Notes under the pieces: model-generated
Told to the model about the DNA's origin: nothing
The model's database searches: none
What the model saw: only the letters and a program-made list of their open reading frames with translations
Virus record (IMG/VR): IMGVR_UViG_3300028048_002144
Strand: one strand, 5' to 3'
Length of the DNA stretch: 64,000 nt
DNA from: a virus
Taxonomy: Duplodnaviria; Caudoviricetes
Shown: positions 21,439 to 32,479 of the stretch, one piece after another
Numbering within the stretch: the stretch's first letter is position 1
How the letters are laid out: each line of letters begins with the position of its first letter
Made by a program: the position numbers and the translations under genes

Positions 21439-22227
21439 TTAATAGATAACCATCGCTCTTCTTCCCATAGCATTCCATACATTCTCAAACGTACCACGGT
21501 TAATAGTCTGCTTACCGTAAATAGGATCTGTAGTATATACATTATTATCATCAAATCCAGATAGTACAATACAATGTAGATTTGAATATCTTCCATTTCT
21601 TGCATATCTTGGTGACTGATAACGAAGTGTAATCCATACAACTACAGGATTTCCGTTTCGAATCTGATTATATAATGCACTTACATCTGATCCAGATAGA
21701 TTCTGTGTACTAATTCCCGTAGCATTTGAAGCATTATAATTATTTACTGTCTGCTGCAATACTGGAGCAAAACAATACCATCCAGTATTATCTCGTGGGT
21801 TTCCTATAAATATACTATTAGGATCTCCCTGACCTTTAGGTAGGTAATAATCAGCCATCGTACACTTATCTACGCCATAACCTTTATAGTTCATTACTTC
21901 TGTAAGAGAAGTTACCTCACATCCATTAGGAAGTTCTGGGTTCTGCATGATTAGTGGTACTGGCAAATTATAACTTTCTGTTACTGGTGCAGGAGCCTGG
22001 GCCTGAGTTCTTACTGCAGCAGTTCTTCTTCTCGTAGCCTGAGTAGTAATCTTTTTAGCTTCTTCTGCCTTCTTTAACTCTTCAGCTTTCTTTACTTCCT
22101 CGGCCTGTTTTGCCTCTGCAACAGTCTGAATGTTTTTATTTGCAGTCTGTAACATTGTGTTGTTACTTGTACTTACGATCATTGTTACTGCTAATGTCAA
22201 TAATGTTTTAATTAATATTTTTGTCAT
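21439..22227 (-). CDS. Secreted C39-like peptidase
   Basis: Signal peptide after RBS and ATG 22227; QNPELPNGCEVTS, HCIVLSG, DP. Confidence 0.85.
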   Translation of the reverse strand: MTKILIKTLLTLAVTMIVSTSNNTMLQTANKNIQTVAEAKQAEEVKKAEELKKAEEAKKITTQATRRRTAAVRTQAQAPAPVTESYNLPVPLIMQNPELPNGCEVTSLTEVMNYKGYGVDKCTMADYYLPKGQGDPNSIFIGNPRDNTGWYCFAPVLQQTVNNYNASNATGISTQNLSGSDVSALYNQIRNGNPVVVWITLRYQSPRYARNGRYSNLHCIVLSGFDDNNVYTTDPIYGKQTINRGTFENVWNAMGRRAMVIY

Positions 22228-22648
22228 GTCATTCTCCTTTCTCTTAAAACATCTAATTTCAATATGAAAGAAAAATGTGCAATTTTGCTTTTTAAATATT
22301 AATTTTTTATAAATAAAATATATAAGACAAAATAGCCCTATAAGACATAATATTTTTACGTTAGGATCCACAGATTCTATGAACATTTTTATTTGTGGGA
22401 TAATTAAAAACATAGAATAGACTGTATCTACGATAGCTTTTATATCTTCTATAATGTCTTTTATTTTTGAGATAAATTTTATGGTTTCTATAATTTTGTT
22501 TATAATCATGCTGGGTTACCTCCATAATTCTTTTTGCGGGCCTATCCCCTCTATAAGTAATTATGGTAAAAACTCAGCAAGGCACGAAAAAACTCCCATC
22601 ACGTATATCAGAATTGATATATGATGAGAGTTTTTAGATTATGCTTTA

Positions 22649-23494
22649 TTATTCAAAATGTGCGCCATCTAATAAATCAGCATATTCTTCGTCTAACAAT
22701 TTAACGTATTCTTTAGACTCAACATAGTCTTTAAAGATTTGTCGTAAAAATTTCTTCTTTTCTTCTTCGTCTTCTGGCATTGAATCAGTTTTATAACCCT
22801 TCTTTGAAAGATAATCAGGAAGGTTCTCCAAAAAATTAAAATATTCACTTTTAATATAAATCTCTGAATTAGGAGCCAAGTATTTTGTTATAATACCTGT
22901 TAAGTGCCAATCGAACCAATTAGATTCTTCATACACTTTTCTATTTATAATATCTCTGAGTTCAACCCATACAATAGTATGATATCTGTTGTGCTTATGA
23001 ACCATGTTATACCTATAATCATCATAAGTTACCACTTCAACAGCATAACATATAACTGCTAATACAATAATCAAAATTATTATACTTGCAATAATCTCAT
23101 TTGTTGCTGCTATTGGCATAATGAAGAACAATAATGCTAAAAGCAAAAAGTGTATTGCGCAAGAAATAAGTGTAGTATAAAAACTAACCTTATTGTCTAT
23201 ATTTTCTTCCTCATCCATATTGTATCTATAGAAAATTTGAGACTCACCTGAGTTAAAGCAAATTGTGCCAATTTCCATAATTTTAGGTTTACATGATGCT
23301 GCTTTTTCGATACATACCTTTATTGGCATAATTAGAATAAATGCAATTAAGCCAACTGCTAAAACGCCAGCCAGGATCAGACTCACAAGAATTGCCTGCC
23401 AGTATAAAGCTTCTCCATAGTTTGATGTATTTAATGTTTTAATATTTTCTAAGTGTCTTACGCTATCCTGTAGCCAGTTAATATACTGTTCCAT
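22649..23494 (-). CDS. Membrane protein
   Basis: Three hydrophobic segments. Confidence 0.65.
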   Translation of the reverse strand: MEQYINWLQDSVRHLENIKTLNTSNYGEALYWQAILVSLILAGVLAVGLIAFILIMPIKVCIEKAASCKPKIMEIGTICFNSGESQIFYRYNMDEEENIDNKVSFYTTLISCAIHFLLLALLFFIMPIAATNEIIASIIILIIVLAVICYAVEVVTYDDYRYNMVHKHNRYHTIVWVELRDIINRKVYEESNWFDWHLTGIITKYLAPNSEIYIKSEYFNFLENLPDYLSKKGYKTDSMPEDEEEKKKFLRQIFKDYVESKEYVKLLDEEYADLLDGAHFE

Positions 23495-23514
23495 ATTTTT
23501 CTCCTCTATTTTTA

Positions 23515-24102
23515 TTATTTTCTGTACTTATTATTGTCTGTTACATACTCGTAAAGTTTCTGCTTATCAATATCCTTAATCGCTCTATATGTGTGATATA
23601 ACTCAAACATAATGCGATTTACGATATTGTTTGTATCTAATCCAGCAGCAGATACAACGTCATTTACTTTACCGATAGGAAACTTTACGTCTTTGCATAC
23701 TGCGTAGACGATTTTATTTTTGAATTCGTCTCTTTCAACATAAATAACAATAGTTCCATTATCATATGCTTCTTTTACTTCATCTTCTGTTAACTTCTGC
23801 ACGTTTGCCTGGAAGTAAATTCTTTCTGCGATCTCTGAAAGCTGCTTGAATAAAGTGGAGTCATCTTTAATTGCATAAATATCATCCCAATCTCTCGGTG
23901 TGATTGCCTGGTAAGAATTGCCAGTATCAAACTCTAAGCAATTAATACACATCCATTTGATATCTGCTCCAAAATCTAAATACTCATGCTTAACTTCATA
24001 AGCATGCTTTGTATCTAAAGAATTTAGAAGAGATATTAAAGCAAACAGTTTTCTTTTCATAAACTCATTTTCAGTTGTACTTTCGTTTAATTCTCTATTC
24101 AT
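23515..24102 (-). CDS. Hypothetical protein
   Basis: ORF with AGGAG RBS. Confidence 0.65.
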   Translation of the reverse strand: MNRELNESTTENEFMKRKLFALISLLNSLDTKHAYEVKHEYLDFGADIKWMCINCLEFDTGNSYQAITPRDWDDIYAIKDDSTLFKQLSEIAERIYFQANVQKLTEDEVKEAYDNGTIVIYVERDEFKNKIVYAVCKDVKFPIGKVNDVVSAAGLDTNNIVNRIMFELYHTYRAIKDIDKQKLYEYVTDNNKYRK

Positions 24103-24159
24103 AGTTTTCTCCTAAAAAATAACACCCTAGATCATTACTCTAGGGTGTTTCTCCAATTA

Positions 24160-24981
24160 TTACATTGCTAAAAAATCAATGTTAGTTACGTTTACTACTT
24201 TTAAGATCTTTTGACCTACTGGTCCGATTTTTCTTGCTGAATAATTCCAATCAAGAATAAATTCGACTACAGAACCATCACCTTGAAAATTAAGATCTCG
24301 TACTTCTACGTTCCTATTTCCCGTATCAGTACCAAGAACAAAGTTTTCTCCAGTGTCTACATCTACTAATCTTGTTTCCATACCGCCTACATGATATCTA
24401 TGGCTGCTATCTGTATGTCTATCAGATTTTAAATCTCCAACTATACACTTTAAAATAGTACCATCTTCATATAGGACATCAATCTTATCTCCTACGTTCT
24501 TTGCGTAGCCAGTACCTACTGCAATTAGATATCTATCACCTAGTTTTACATAACCGTTAGGATCAGTATAAATACCAGGATTTAATAGCTGCTGATACTG
24601 CGCTGATGTTTTCTTTGTGATATTCTGTCTGTACTCATAGGAAAATGCATCTGAACGACAAAGAGCTTCGTTATTAGGCACGTTATAAGCTGAAGACATT
24701 ACATAATTTGTTTCATTCTCTTCGGCTTTCTTTGCTCTCATTTTATTTACAACTTCGTCACTTGCCATATATGTACCAACCTTTACGATACCTTCTGTAT
24801 CTATAGAAGGTTCATTTGTAGGTGTTAGATGAAATGTTACTCCAGCTCTTGTGTTGTGATGTATCTTATTGGTTACTCCTGCGGTAGGAGCATTGAGTTT
24901 CTCTGTAGCATTTACATTTAGCATATTCATATTCGTTAGTATAGTTAAAGACAAAAATAATATTACTTTATTTCTTTTCAT
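24160..24981 (-). CDS. Secreted protein, possibly 3D/double-psi barrel cell-wall domain
   Basis: Signal peptide; YLIAVGTGY..VGDKIDV...CIVGD. Confidence 0.5.
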   Translation of the reverse strand: MKRNKVILFLSLTILTNMNMLNVNATEKLNAPTAGVTNKIHHNTRAGVTFHLTPTNEPSIDTEGIVKVGTYMASDEVVNKMRAKKAEENETNYVMSSAYNVPNNEALCRSDAFSYEYRQNITKKTSAQYQQLLNPGIYTDPNGYVKLGDRYLIAVGTGYAKNVGDKIDVLYEDGTILKCIVGDLKSDRHTDSSHRYHVGGMETRLVDVDTGENFVLGTDTGNRNVEVRDLNFQGDGSVVEFILDWNYSARKIGPVGQKILKVVNVTNIDFLAM

Positions 24982-25163
24982 AAATTCCTCTTATTACTTT
25001 CTTGTTGCTTTTTTGTAGTTGCATATTAAATATGACAGAATTGTTAAATTGTTACATTTGTATTTCTTTCTACTCCTTTCATTCTTTGGAAAATCATATT
25101 TAATATGAACGATTTTTAAGATAAAAAAATACCCTGGAATGATACCCAGGGTATTTGCTATAA

Positions 25164-26046
25164 CTACTGATTGCTTCTCATATCTACAATTGGTGATGAG
25201 TCTCCACTAACTTTAGGAAGTACACCATCCCATTTCTCGATATACTGCTTCTTGATGACATTGTCTGACAGGCTCTGATTAAGTTTTGTATTTGCTTCTG
25301 CTTCAGCATCTGCTTCAATCTTAATCTTATTAGCCTTTGCCTTAGCTTTAATTTCTGTTGCCTTTGCATCAGCTTCAGCCTTATCTACATTTGTCTTATT
25401 CTCAATTGCCTGCTGCTCAGCCTTCTGCTGTGCTTTGATCTTATTATTAATTGCTTTCTCTGTCTGCGCATCTACATCAATATTGATAAGTGATACATTA
25501 GAAACTCTAATTCCATATGAATCAAATTTTTTCTCAAGATACTTTGTAAGTTCCTTATTTACATCAGCTCTCTTTGTACCACGCATATCAGCTACTGGGT
25601 ATTTTGCAATTACTTCCTTTGACCAAGAAACGATATTCGGCTTAATGAATGTATCTTTAATCTGTTCACCGCTTCTACCTTTGAACCTAGTGAACACATC
25701 TGTTACCTGGTCAGCGTCATACTGGTATGTAAAAGTCAAATCAATTGATACTGTCTTTCCTTCTGAAGATGATGCAGTAAAACGTTCATTTTTTTTCTGA
25801 ATCGCCACGATCATTCTTAGTAAGATAAGACTGCTCAATACCAATTGTATATTTTGTTACATGCTTTGTTGGTGCAATTAAATGCCAGCCCTGTGAAAGA
25901 GGTCTCTTTTCTACACCACCATTCATGTTATACACGATTCCTACATAACCAGCTGGGATCTTTACTGTACAAATCATTAGCATGATTATACAAAATACAA
26001 TTCCTACGCCTGCAACAATAGCTCCAATTAAACCTTTTGTCGCCAT
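25164..26046 (-). pseudogene. SPFH/prohibitin family protein, +1 frameshift at A8 (25789-25796)
   Basis: IPAGYVG..LSQGWH N-part and YIEKWDGVLP C-part join in frame if one A is removed. Confidence 0.85.
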
Positions 26047-26104
26047 AAAGCATTTCCTTTCTAGTAAGGTAAGTTTTTACTATTCATACCAATTTAGAAA
26101 AAGT

Positions 26105-26497
26105 CTACATGAAAAATAAAAAGGTCAAAATGCCTATTAGAACAATTTCTACAATAGGTCTAATTACTAAATTCTTCTTTCTCTTTTTAGCATATTTAAG
26201 CAGCTCTACATTTTTATTGTTTCCAGCATCTACACTATAACAAACTTTAACTTCATCGCCCTTTTTATATGGGATAGTATCGTATACGGTATATTTCTCT
26301 GTATTGTTTACGAGAATATCAATCGTATAGATTGTGTAGTTTATCTTTTTGTACTCTACACCCTTCTTACAAGCGGCAACTTTACCCACTACTTCTTTAC
26401 CGTTTTTATAACGCATATATCCTTTATAATGGTTATAAAGTTTTAGTGTGTTTATAAACAAAAAGAATGTTACAATCGCTTCAATTATATATGCCAT
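26105..26497 (-). CDS. Small membrane protein
   Basis: Hydrophobic helices at both termini. Confidence 0.6.
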   Translation of the reverse strand: MAYIIEAIVTFFLFINTLKLYNHYKGYMRYKNGKEVVGKVAACKKGVEYKKINYTIYTIDILVNNTEKYTVYDTIPYKKGDEVKVCYSVDAGNNKNVELLKYAKKRKKNLVIRPIVEIVLIGILTFLFFM

Positions 26498-26544
26498 AAA
26501 AATTCCTCTCTTTTTACATTATTTTTCTCTATTTTGTTTGGGAG

Positions 26545-27366
26545 TTAGTTACTGAATGTTTTACAAGGCTGTTCTATTACTTGATACGTTTTACCTACGG
26601 TATCAGCTACAACATAGCTGCAATCCCCGTATTTGCTCTTATTTCGGTGTGTAGAATGAGTATCGCAAATTATCATTGTAGAATTGTTTTTATCGTTATT
26701 TAGTTTAAGAACATGTCTTTGTGGAGTATGACCGACTATCTGGTATGTATTTGGTAATAAAAATTTCGTATATCTATCATCTTCTACTCTGATCCAAATA
26801 GGTGAAATATCATCCCACAATTCCTTTGATCTACATTTATTGATTCTGTCTACAATGTGATCAATATCTATGTTTGGAATTTTATATGTTTTATCTGGGT
26901 TAGATAGTACATTTGAATACCACTCAACAACTATATCATCCAGACCATTAAAATATATGAATGGGATACTAACACCAGCATGCGAGAAAAGAATATTATC
27001 TATCTTATTTACGAAATTCATATTTTCACCAAGCAAGTGTTTTAACACCCTTAATTTCTCTCTTATTAACTTTTCTACCTGGATACTATCTGATGTTCCA
27101 GACTGCCATTTATGCCATATATAAGAGATATCATGATTTCCAATACAGAAATATACACTATGTGACTCTTTATATTCTTTACAGAAGTTAATTAGAGAAT
27201 TTAATGTTTCTTCATACAGTTTAATATTTCTTTGTTCTCCAAAATCATCTACTATATCACCCAAGAATACAATTCCATCTATATCTGGAGTCGTGTCTAA
27301 GATATTTCTAGCATCTTCTATCATATATGGTTTTAGATGTATATCCGGAATTACTAATACTTTCAT
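26545..27366 (-). CDS. Calcineurin-like metallophosphoesterase
   Basis: DIH, GDIVD, GNHD, HAG, GHT. Confidence 0.92.
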   Translation of the reverse strand: MKVLVIPDIHLKPYMIEDARNILDTTPDIDGIVFLGDIVDDFGEQRNIKLYEETLNSLINFCKEYKESHSVYFCIGNHDISYIWHKWQSGTSDSIQVEKLIREKLRVLKHLLGENMNFVNKIDNILFSHAGVSIPFIYFNGLDDIVVEWYSNVLSNPDKTYKIPNIDIDHIVDRINKCRSKELWDDISPIWIRVEDDRYTKFLLPNTYQIVGHTPQRHVLKLNNDKNNSTMIICDTHSTHRNKSKYGDCSYVVADTVGKTYQVIEQPCKTFSN

Positions 27367-27879
27367 GTATTTTCCTCTCCTATTATCTAGTTATTATTTT
27401 CTTCATCAAAAAGTCCTAAAAAGTAAAATATAATTTTCATAGAAACCAAAACTATATCGAATCTCACAATAAAAAGAGCAACATTAGAAAGTAGGGAGCC
27501 GGTATATAAAAATATTACAAGCAAAGATGTGATGATTGCTTTAACACTATCAGCCAGCATTTCTTTCTCAAAATCACTAAAGTCCTTAAAATTAAGCATA
27601 CTTTTGTATCTCTTTCTGTTACTTATTTCCCATTGAGTCCTATTCTCTTTCTATGCTTTCTTTTATTGCTTCCAAACAATTTATCAAACAAGAGAGCAAT
27701 CCAATTTTTTTATTTTTTCGAGCTATGTGCGTTTCACTTGAAAGATCTGAAATTTTAGGTCCTAGAAACGCTATTAGAAGTGTAGAAATTACACATATAA
27801 GTAACATAAGTAAAAATGAATATGGAGTTCCAGGTATCAACATCGTAGTATCTATCATAATATTGCCTCTTAATCTTCA

Positions 27880-28318
27880 TCAAAAATATTTCTTAACTTC
27901 ATCGAAAGTTATTTCTTTACTTTCTCTTTCTGGATCACCTTTTATACAGCGTTCGTCAATGGTCTCAAAATCTTCATCGTTATCACCAAATTCCTCATCT
28001 TCAATTTCGACTAATTTATCAAATATAAATTTTACTATTTCTTCTTTGCATCTTTTTCTTGTCATGTTTTTTGCATCTATTTGACGAAGATAATTTTTAA
28101 TTTCTTTAGGCGTATCTATAGCGATGTAAATATTTCCTACCTGGGAATCTTCGTTGTTTGGATCTATATTCCCAAATGTTCCAGTAACACCGATCCCGTA
28201 ATCAGTTCCATAGAATTTTTTACAAGCTTTTGCCATTTCTACAGCTGTTGCAGATGAATATACTCCATACTTTTCTATTACATCTTTTGGTACACCATTT
28301 TTAATCTTTGCTTCATTA
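27880..28318 (-). pseudogene. cinA: 5'-truncated CinA/PncC (NMN deamidase) domain gene
   Basis: NEAKIKNGV..YGVYS.ATAVEMA...GIGVTG; the N-terminal AESCTGG part is replaced by an out-of-frame membrane-protein start at 28448. Confidence 0.7.
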
Positions 28319-28458
28319 GGCTCTCATAAAATACGCCCATAAAAAGCATTATGGCAGTACCAATATAAAAAATAGCAATTTCAATACCTATTACATTTTC
28401 AGAAAAGACTGTTTTATTGATTTTCTTTTTTTCAGTTTTTGAGATCATGTTTAACTCC

Positions 28459-28959
28459 TTATTCTTTAACTATATTTGCTAATGGTTTCGTTCCGTTATA
28501 ATATTCCAAAGTTGGCTTACTTGGTATATCTACATCTTCTGCTATATAGTAGATTACATATCCATCTTTAATATCTTTTAATGAGTATTTATTATGCTTA
28601 CTTTTATCCTTAGTAACCTTTTCTTTTACCCGAGCATTTATTTCTTTAGTAGAATTATCCGATTCCTTAAATTTCATAATGACTTTTTTATTATTTGTAT
28701 TTACAGCGTTAACACTTACCAGATTATTTTTATTGTTAGCTGCATAATCATTTGCGCAAGACTTATTAACAGGAGGAAAACCAACCATAAGAACTCCATA
28801 AAGTATGGCAAACATTGATATTGTGGTAATTTTGTTATCTCCTTCAATCATTGATTTAATAAGAAAATAAATTCCTATCATACCAAAAACTAAACCTATT
28901 AGTCCAATCTCAAACATTTCATTTTTAGTTATTGTTCCATTTAATAATGCGTTTAACAT
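28459..28959 (-). CDS. Membrane protein, paralog of 45510-46103
   Basis: Shared NNKN.LVS, MKFK..DNS, NKYSL..I.DGYVIYYI, SKPTL.Y. Confidence 0.7.
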   Translation of the reverse strand: MLNALLNGTITKNEMFEIGLIGLVFGMIGIYFLIKSMIEGDNKITTISMFAILYGVLMVGFPPVNKSCANDYAANNKNNLVSVNAVNTNNKKVIMKFKESDNSTKEINARVKEKVTKDKSKHNKYSLKDIKDGYVIYYIAEDVDIPSKPTLEYYNGTKPLANIVKE

Positions 28960-29061
28960 ATGTACTTTTTAACCTTCCTATACTGCCATTTTTACTTTGC
29001 CCTATTATTAATATGACTTGATATATCTTAATTATTTTGTTTTTGCTTAAATTTTTGCATT

Positions 29062-29210
29062 GAAAAAGCCACCCTATTGCTAGAGTGGCTTTTATTTGCG
29101 ATTTTGATGAAAGTATTAACGAGGAGTGGATCGCAACTATCCATTTAATTCTATACATCTTTGCTTAGAAAAATGTATAAAACTAACTAACTCCTCCCTT
29201 TCATATTTTC
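29062..29210 (-). ncRNA. Candidate small structured RNA with own promoter and terminator
   Basis: GTCATATT at 29218-29225, nested stems, terminator 29063-29093, no RBS-linked ORF. Confidence 0.55.
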
Positions 29211-29591
29211 TAATTTTAATATGACTAATTATTTTTTCTTTTCTAAGTATAGTTCCTTTTTGTTCTTGTTATAAATTATATCGTAATTTTTTACAGTTTC
29301 TGAAGTTATCTGTACATTCTGGACTTCTTTTTTATCGACATAGGCTCGTTCTACTTTTATATTTGAATATTCTTTTAGCTTTGCACGGATTTCATCATTC
29401 TGCTTTTTCTGTATGAAGAAAACTAGAAGTATAGTTGTGATAGCAATTATCACGAATCCCTGGACAATAATATACATTACGTCTAAAAAAACATCTTTCC
29501 CAGTCTTTATCTCTTCCATAAGGGCCTCCTTTCTAATAAATCTATAATTATGAAAAAAGAAGTCGGATAGCATTCACTATCCGATTTCTTC

Positions 29592-29828
29592 TTATTCTTC
29601 ATCTTCTGATCCAGGCGTTTCTTCGGTTTCTTTGATTTCAATATTTACAGCACATGTATTTCCATTGTATTCACCCACATCAAATTCTACTTCTGGTTTC
29701 TTTAAGATATCTTTTCTCTCTGGCTTACTTTTAAATGCGTGAATATTGAAAAAGATAAGCTTATCGTCTTCTGACTTAATAAAGCCATATCCTTTTGCTT
29801 TGTTATAACTCTTAATTCGTCCTAACAT
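29592..29828 (-). CDS. Cold-shock domain protein
   Basis: KGYGFI (RNP1), IFFNI, VEFDV. Confidence 0.85.
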   Translation of the reverse strand: MLGRIKSYNKAKGYGFIKSEDDKLIFFNIHAFKSKPERKDILKKPEVEFDVGEYNGNTCAVNIEIKETEETPGSEDEE

Positions 29829-29842
29829 ATATCTATCCTTTC

Positions 29843-30937
29843 TTACAATGTAATCACGGTATCGTTGATGGAAATTTCTCCTTCAGCAGGAAGAACAATA
29901 CATCTCTTGCCATCTACTATTTTTACACTTAAATTGTCACTATACTCTAATGGAATAGTGATGGTTGAATTTGCACTCTTGATCTTGATGTTTTTAGTAT
30001 TAATCAAAGCATTTACCGACAAATCCTTATCTGTAAATCTCTTATCATATTCCTTTTCGATATCATTTCTATCACTGTCTGAAATATCGCTATTTCTAAT
30101 AATATCTATGAATTCTTCTTTCGTTACTCTGCCTTCAATGTTATCTTCATTGATCTTATCGCTTAATTCGTTTAGCATTGAAAGTGCACTATCTACACTC
30201 TTATTATTCTTAAAGGTATATGAGAAGAAACTCTTTTCCTGCTCTGGTTCAACAATTTCTCTACAAGTAAGAGCATTTAGAAGATTATTATCTACTTCCT
30301 TTTTGGAGTAATAAAGCACAGTTTCTGTATCAACCATTCTATCTGTAAATGCAGGGTATAAGAATCCATGCATAGGTGGTTTTACAATCCAGTTTCTTAA
30401 CGCTTCGTCAAAATCCATTTCTTTATTATCAAAAGCAAGATCTGCCTTCTGCAGCTTAACTGGGCAAATTACACAGTTAAAGAATTCATATGTACCATCT
30501 GAAAATTCAAATGATTTTACATTATCTGATGTTTTCATCGGGTAGTCATATACATTCGTCATTAGAAGAATGCAGTAATTTTCTGGATAACTAATATTCT
30601 TTATCAGCTCATTAAAGAACATTTCTACTAATGTATTAAAATCGCTATCAGCACTTCTTTCACCAGCAATTTTTAACATACATTCCTTCATATCATTCTT
30701 CTCTGCAATATCTGTATTAAACTGCAAATTATGAAGGTTCTTTCCGAACTTTCCACTTAGATCTTTCTTGAAGATTGCACTATACTTATGCAGGAGTTCA
30801 TCGGTCATAGAAATAGTCTTTGAGTGCGTAAAAGCTAAAACCTTTCCTTCACTATTAATATATGCTCCATGCAATGATCCAAGCATTCCTTTAACGCTAA
30901 ATGTCTTCTTTACTTCCAAAAGTTCTTTTCTGTTCAT
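29843..30937 (-). CDS. DUF4317-family protein
   Basis: LSGKFGKNL, YDYP.KTSD, CVICPV, GFLYPAFTDR resemble this Clostridia family as recalled. Confidence 0.75.
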   Translation of the reverse strand: MNRKELLEVKKTFSVKGMLGSLHGAYINSEGKVLAFTHSKTISMTDELLHKYSAIFKKDLSGKFGKNLHNLQFNTDIAEKNDMKECMLKIAGERSADSDFNTLVEMFFNELIKNISYPENYCILLMTNVYDYPMKTSDNVKSFEFSDGTYEFFNCVICPVKLQKADLAFDNKEMDFDEALRNWIVKPPMHGFLYPAFTDRMVDTETVLYYSKKEVDNNLLNALTCREIVEPEQEKSFFSYTFKNNKSVDSALSMLNELSDKINEDNIEGRVTKEEFIDIIRNSDISDSDRNDIEKEYDKRFTDKDLSVNALINTKNIKIKSANSTITIPLEYSDNLSVKIVDGKRCIVLPAEGEISINDTVITL

Positions 30938-30949
30938 AAAAAATCCTTT

Positions 30950-31360
30950 CTAAAATTCTGATACAATAATTCCATAACGGTCTAGCATCATCTTTTTCTT
31001 GATCTTAAAAATGCTATATGCTGCACCTTTTTTATATCCTTTTACGTCTTCTACAATTTCTTCATAAGTTCCATCTTCGTTTTTCTTTTCATAAACAAAA
31101 TCAGCAATATAACTTACGCTTCTTTCTTGTAGTTTTAACTTCTTTTGTCCCTTCTTAGGTCCTTTCTTATAAACTTCATCGATAGGTATATACTGATTAG
31201 GAATTAGTTCGTATGGAACCTGTAGTTTTAAGGCTCTAATTTGTCCTTTCTCGGCCTGCTCCTTTAGATCGAGGTATCTTTCAGCTTCTTTAGAGGAATC
31301 GAATGTGAGACCATCTACAATGGTTTTACGAGCCTTATATTTGTTTCCTTTTCTCGCCAC
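30950..31360 (-). CDS. DUF1064 PD-(D/E)XK phage nuclease
   Basis: NKYKARKT.VDG.TFDS, YIADFVY, VEDVKG. Confidence 0.88.
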   Translation of the reverse strand: MARKGNKYKARKTIVDGLTFDSSKEAERYLDLKEQAEKGQIRALKLQVPYELIPNQYIPIDEVYKKGPKKGQKKLKLQERSVSYIADFVYEKKNEDGTYEEIVEDVKGYKKGAAYSIFKIKKKMMLDRYGIIVSEF

Positions 31361-31456
31361 AATATCACTTCTTTCTATATTTTATTTTTATTGCTACATT
31401 AAATATGACTGAAATTCTTTTTTTCGTTTATTTTTTATACAAAAAAGCCCTGGGAA

Positions 31457-32479
31457 TTAACCCAAGGCTTTTAATCGTTGTTCTTTTTGTTCTAATCTTT
31501 TGTCAAATCCTTCCTTACCTATTACTTTTAATAGTTCGTCCGGATCTTTATACGGGGAAAGATTAATCTTATATACATTCAGATTATATGGTTTTAATAT
31601 CTCAACAGCTCTTTTTGTTGCTTTCTGGCCTGCTTCATCGGAATCATAACACAAGTATATGTCTCTTCCCAATCTGCCTAGGAGATTGGCGTGTTCCTCT
31701 GTTAAAGCTGTTCCAGATGTTGCTATAGTGTTTCTAAAACCATATTTATGTAGTGATATTACATCCATCTGCCCTTCTACAAGGATAAATCCTTTTTCTT
31801 TAGCTTCTGTTCTGGCATAATTCATACCATATAATAGCAGCTGCTTTTTATACAATAAGGTTTCAGATGAATTGATATACTTTGTCTTTTTAGGATTTTT
31901 TTCTAATGTCCTGGCAGTAAATCCTACTACGATTCCATCTTCATCCATTATAGGAAAAGTGATTCGCTTATAGAATTTAAGATAATCTGCACCAGGACTA
32001 ATAAATCCATATTTCTCTAATTCTTCTTTAGTATATCCTTTATCTAAAAAAGGTTTAATATCGCCATTACAATAGCCTATTCCCCAGTAGCGAATATCTT
32101 TCTGGGTAATGCCTCTTTCTTTTAAATAAGCTATACTCTCTTTAGTATAACTAGTAAAGAAAATTTTAGCTGCATCTCGATATAATTCTTCATATCTTTT
32201 CTTTTCCTTTAGATATTCCTTTATACCATGATCCTTTTTTATCTTTTTGCTTTTTAATATAGAATCTTCTATTTCAGCATAAGTTTTATCTTTTTGACTT
32301 AACCTTGCTAGAGATACTATATCACCACCTTTATTACAGGATATACAACTAAAGAAGTTATTTTTTAATATTAATGTTTCTTTTCCACAAAAAGGACATT
32401 CCGCAACAAGTGTTTCTTTTGTCAGTTTCTTTTTGTCATTGAAGAAATTATTAATATTAAAATATTCTCTTACTTCCAT
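31457..32479 (-). CDS. dnaG: DNA primase (zinc-binding plus Toprim, no helicase-binding tail)
   Basis: CPFC..CISC, KYINS, VEGQMDV, YDSDEAG, KDPDE. Confidence 0.93.
   Translation of the reverse strand: MEVREYFNINNFFNDKKKLTKETLVAECPFCGKETLILKNNFFSCISCNKGGDIVSLARLSQKDKTYAEIEDSILKSKKIKKDHGIKEYLKEKKRYEELYRDAAKIFFTSYTKESIAYLKERGITQKDIRYWGIGYCNGDIKPFLDKGYTKEELEKYGFISPGADYLKFYKRITFPIMDEDGIVVGFTARTLEKNPKKTKYINSSETLLYKKQLLLYGMNYARTEAKEKGFILVEGQMDVISLHKYGFRNTIATSGTALTEEHANLLGRLGRDIYLCYDSDEAGQKATKRAVEILKPYNLNVYKINLSPYKDPDELLKVIGKEGFDKRLEQKEQRLKALG

Noticed and set aside
28925-29158. 77 aa minus-strand ORF
   Set aside because: It has no RBS and crosses a terminator and the next promoter; the region is better explained as an sRNA cassette
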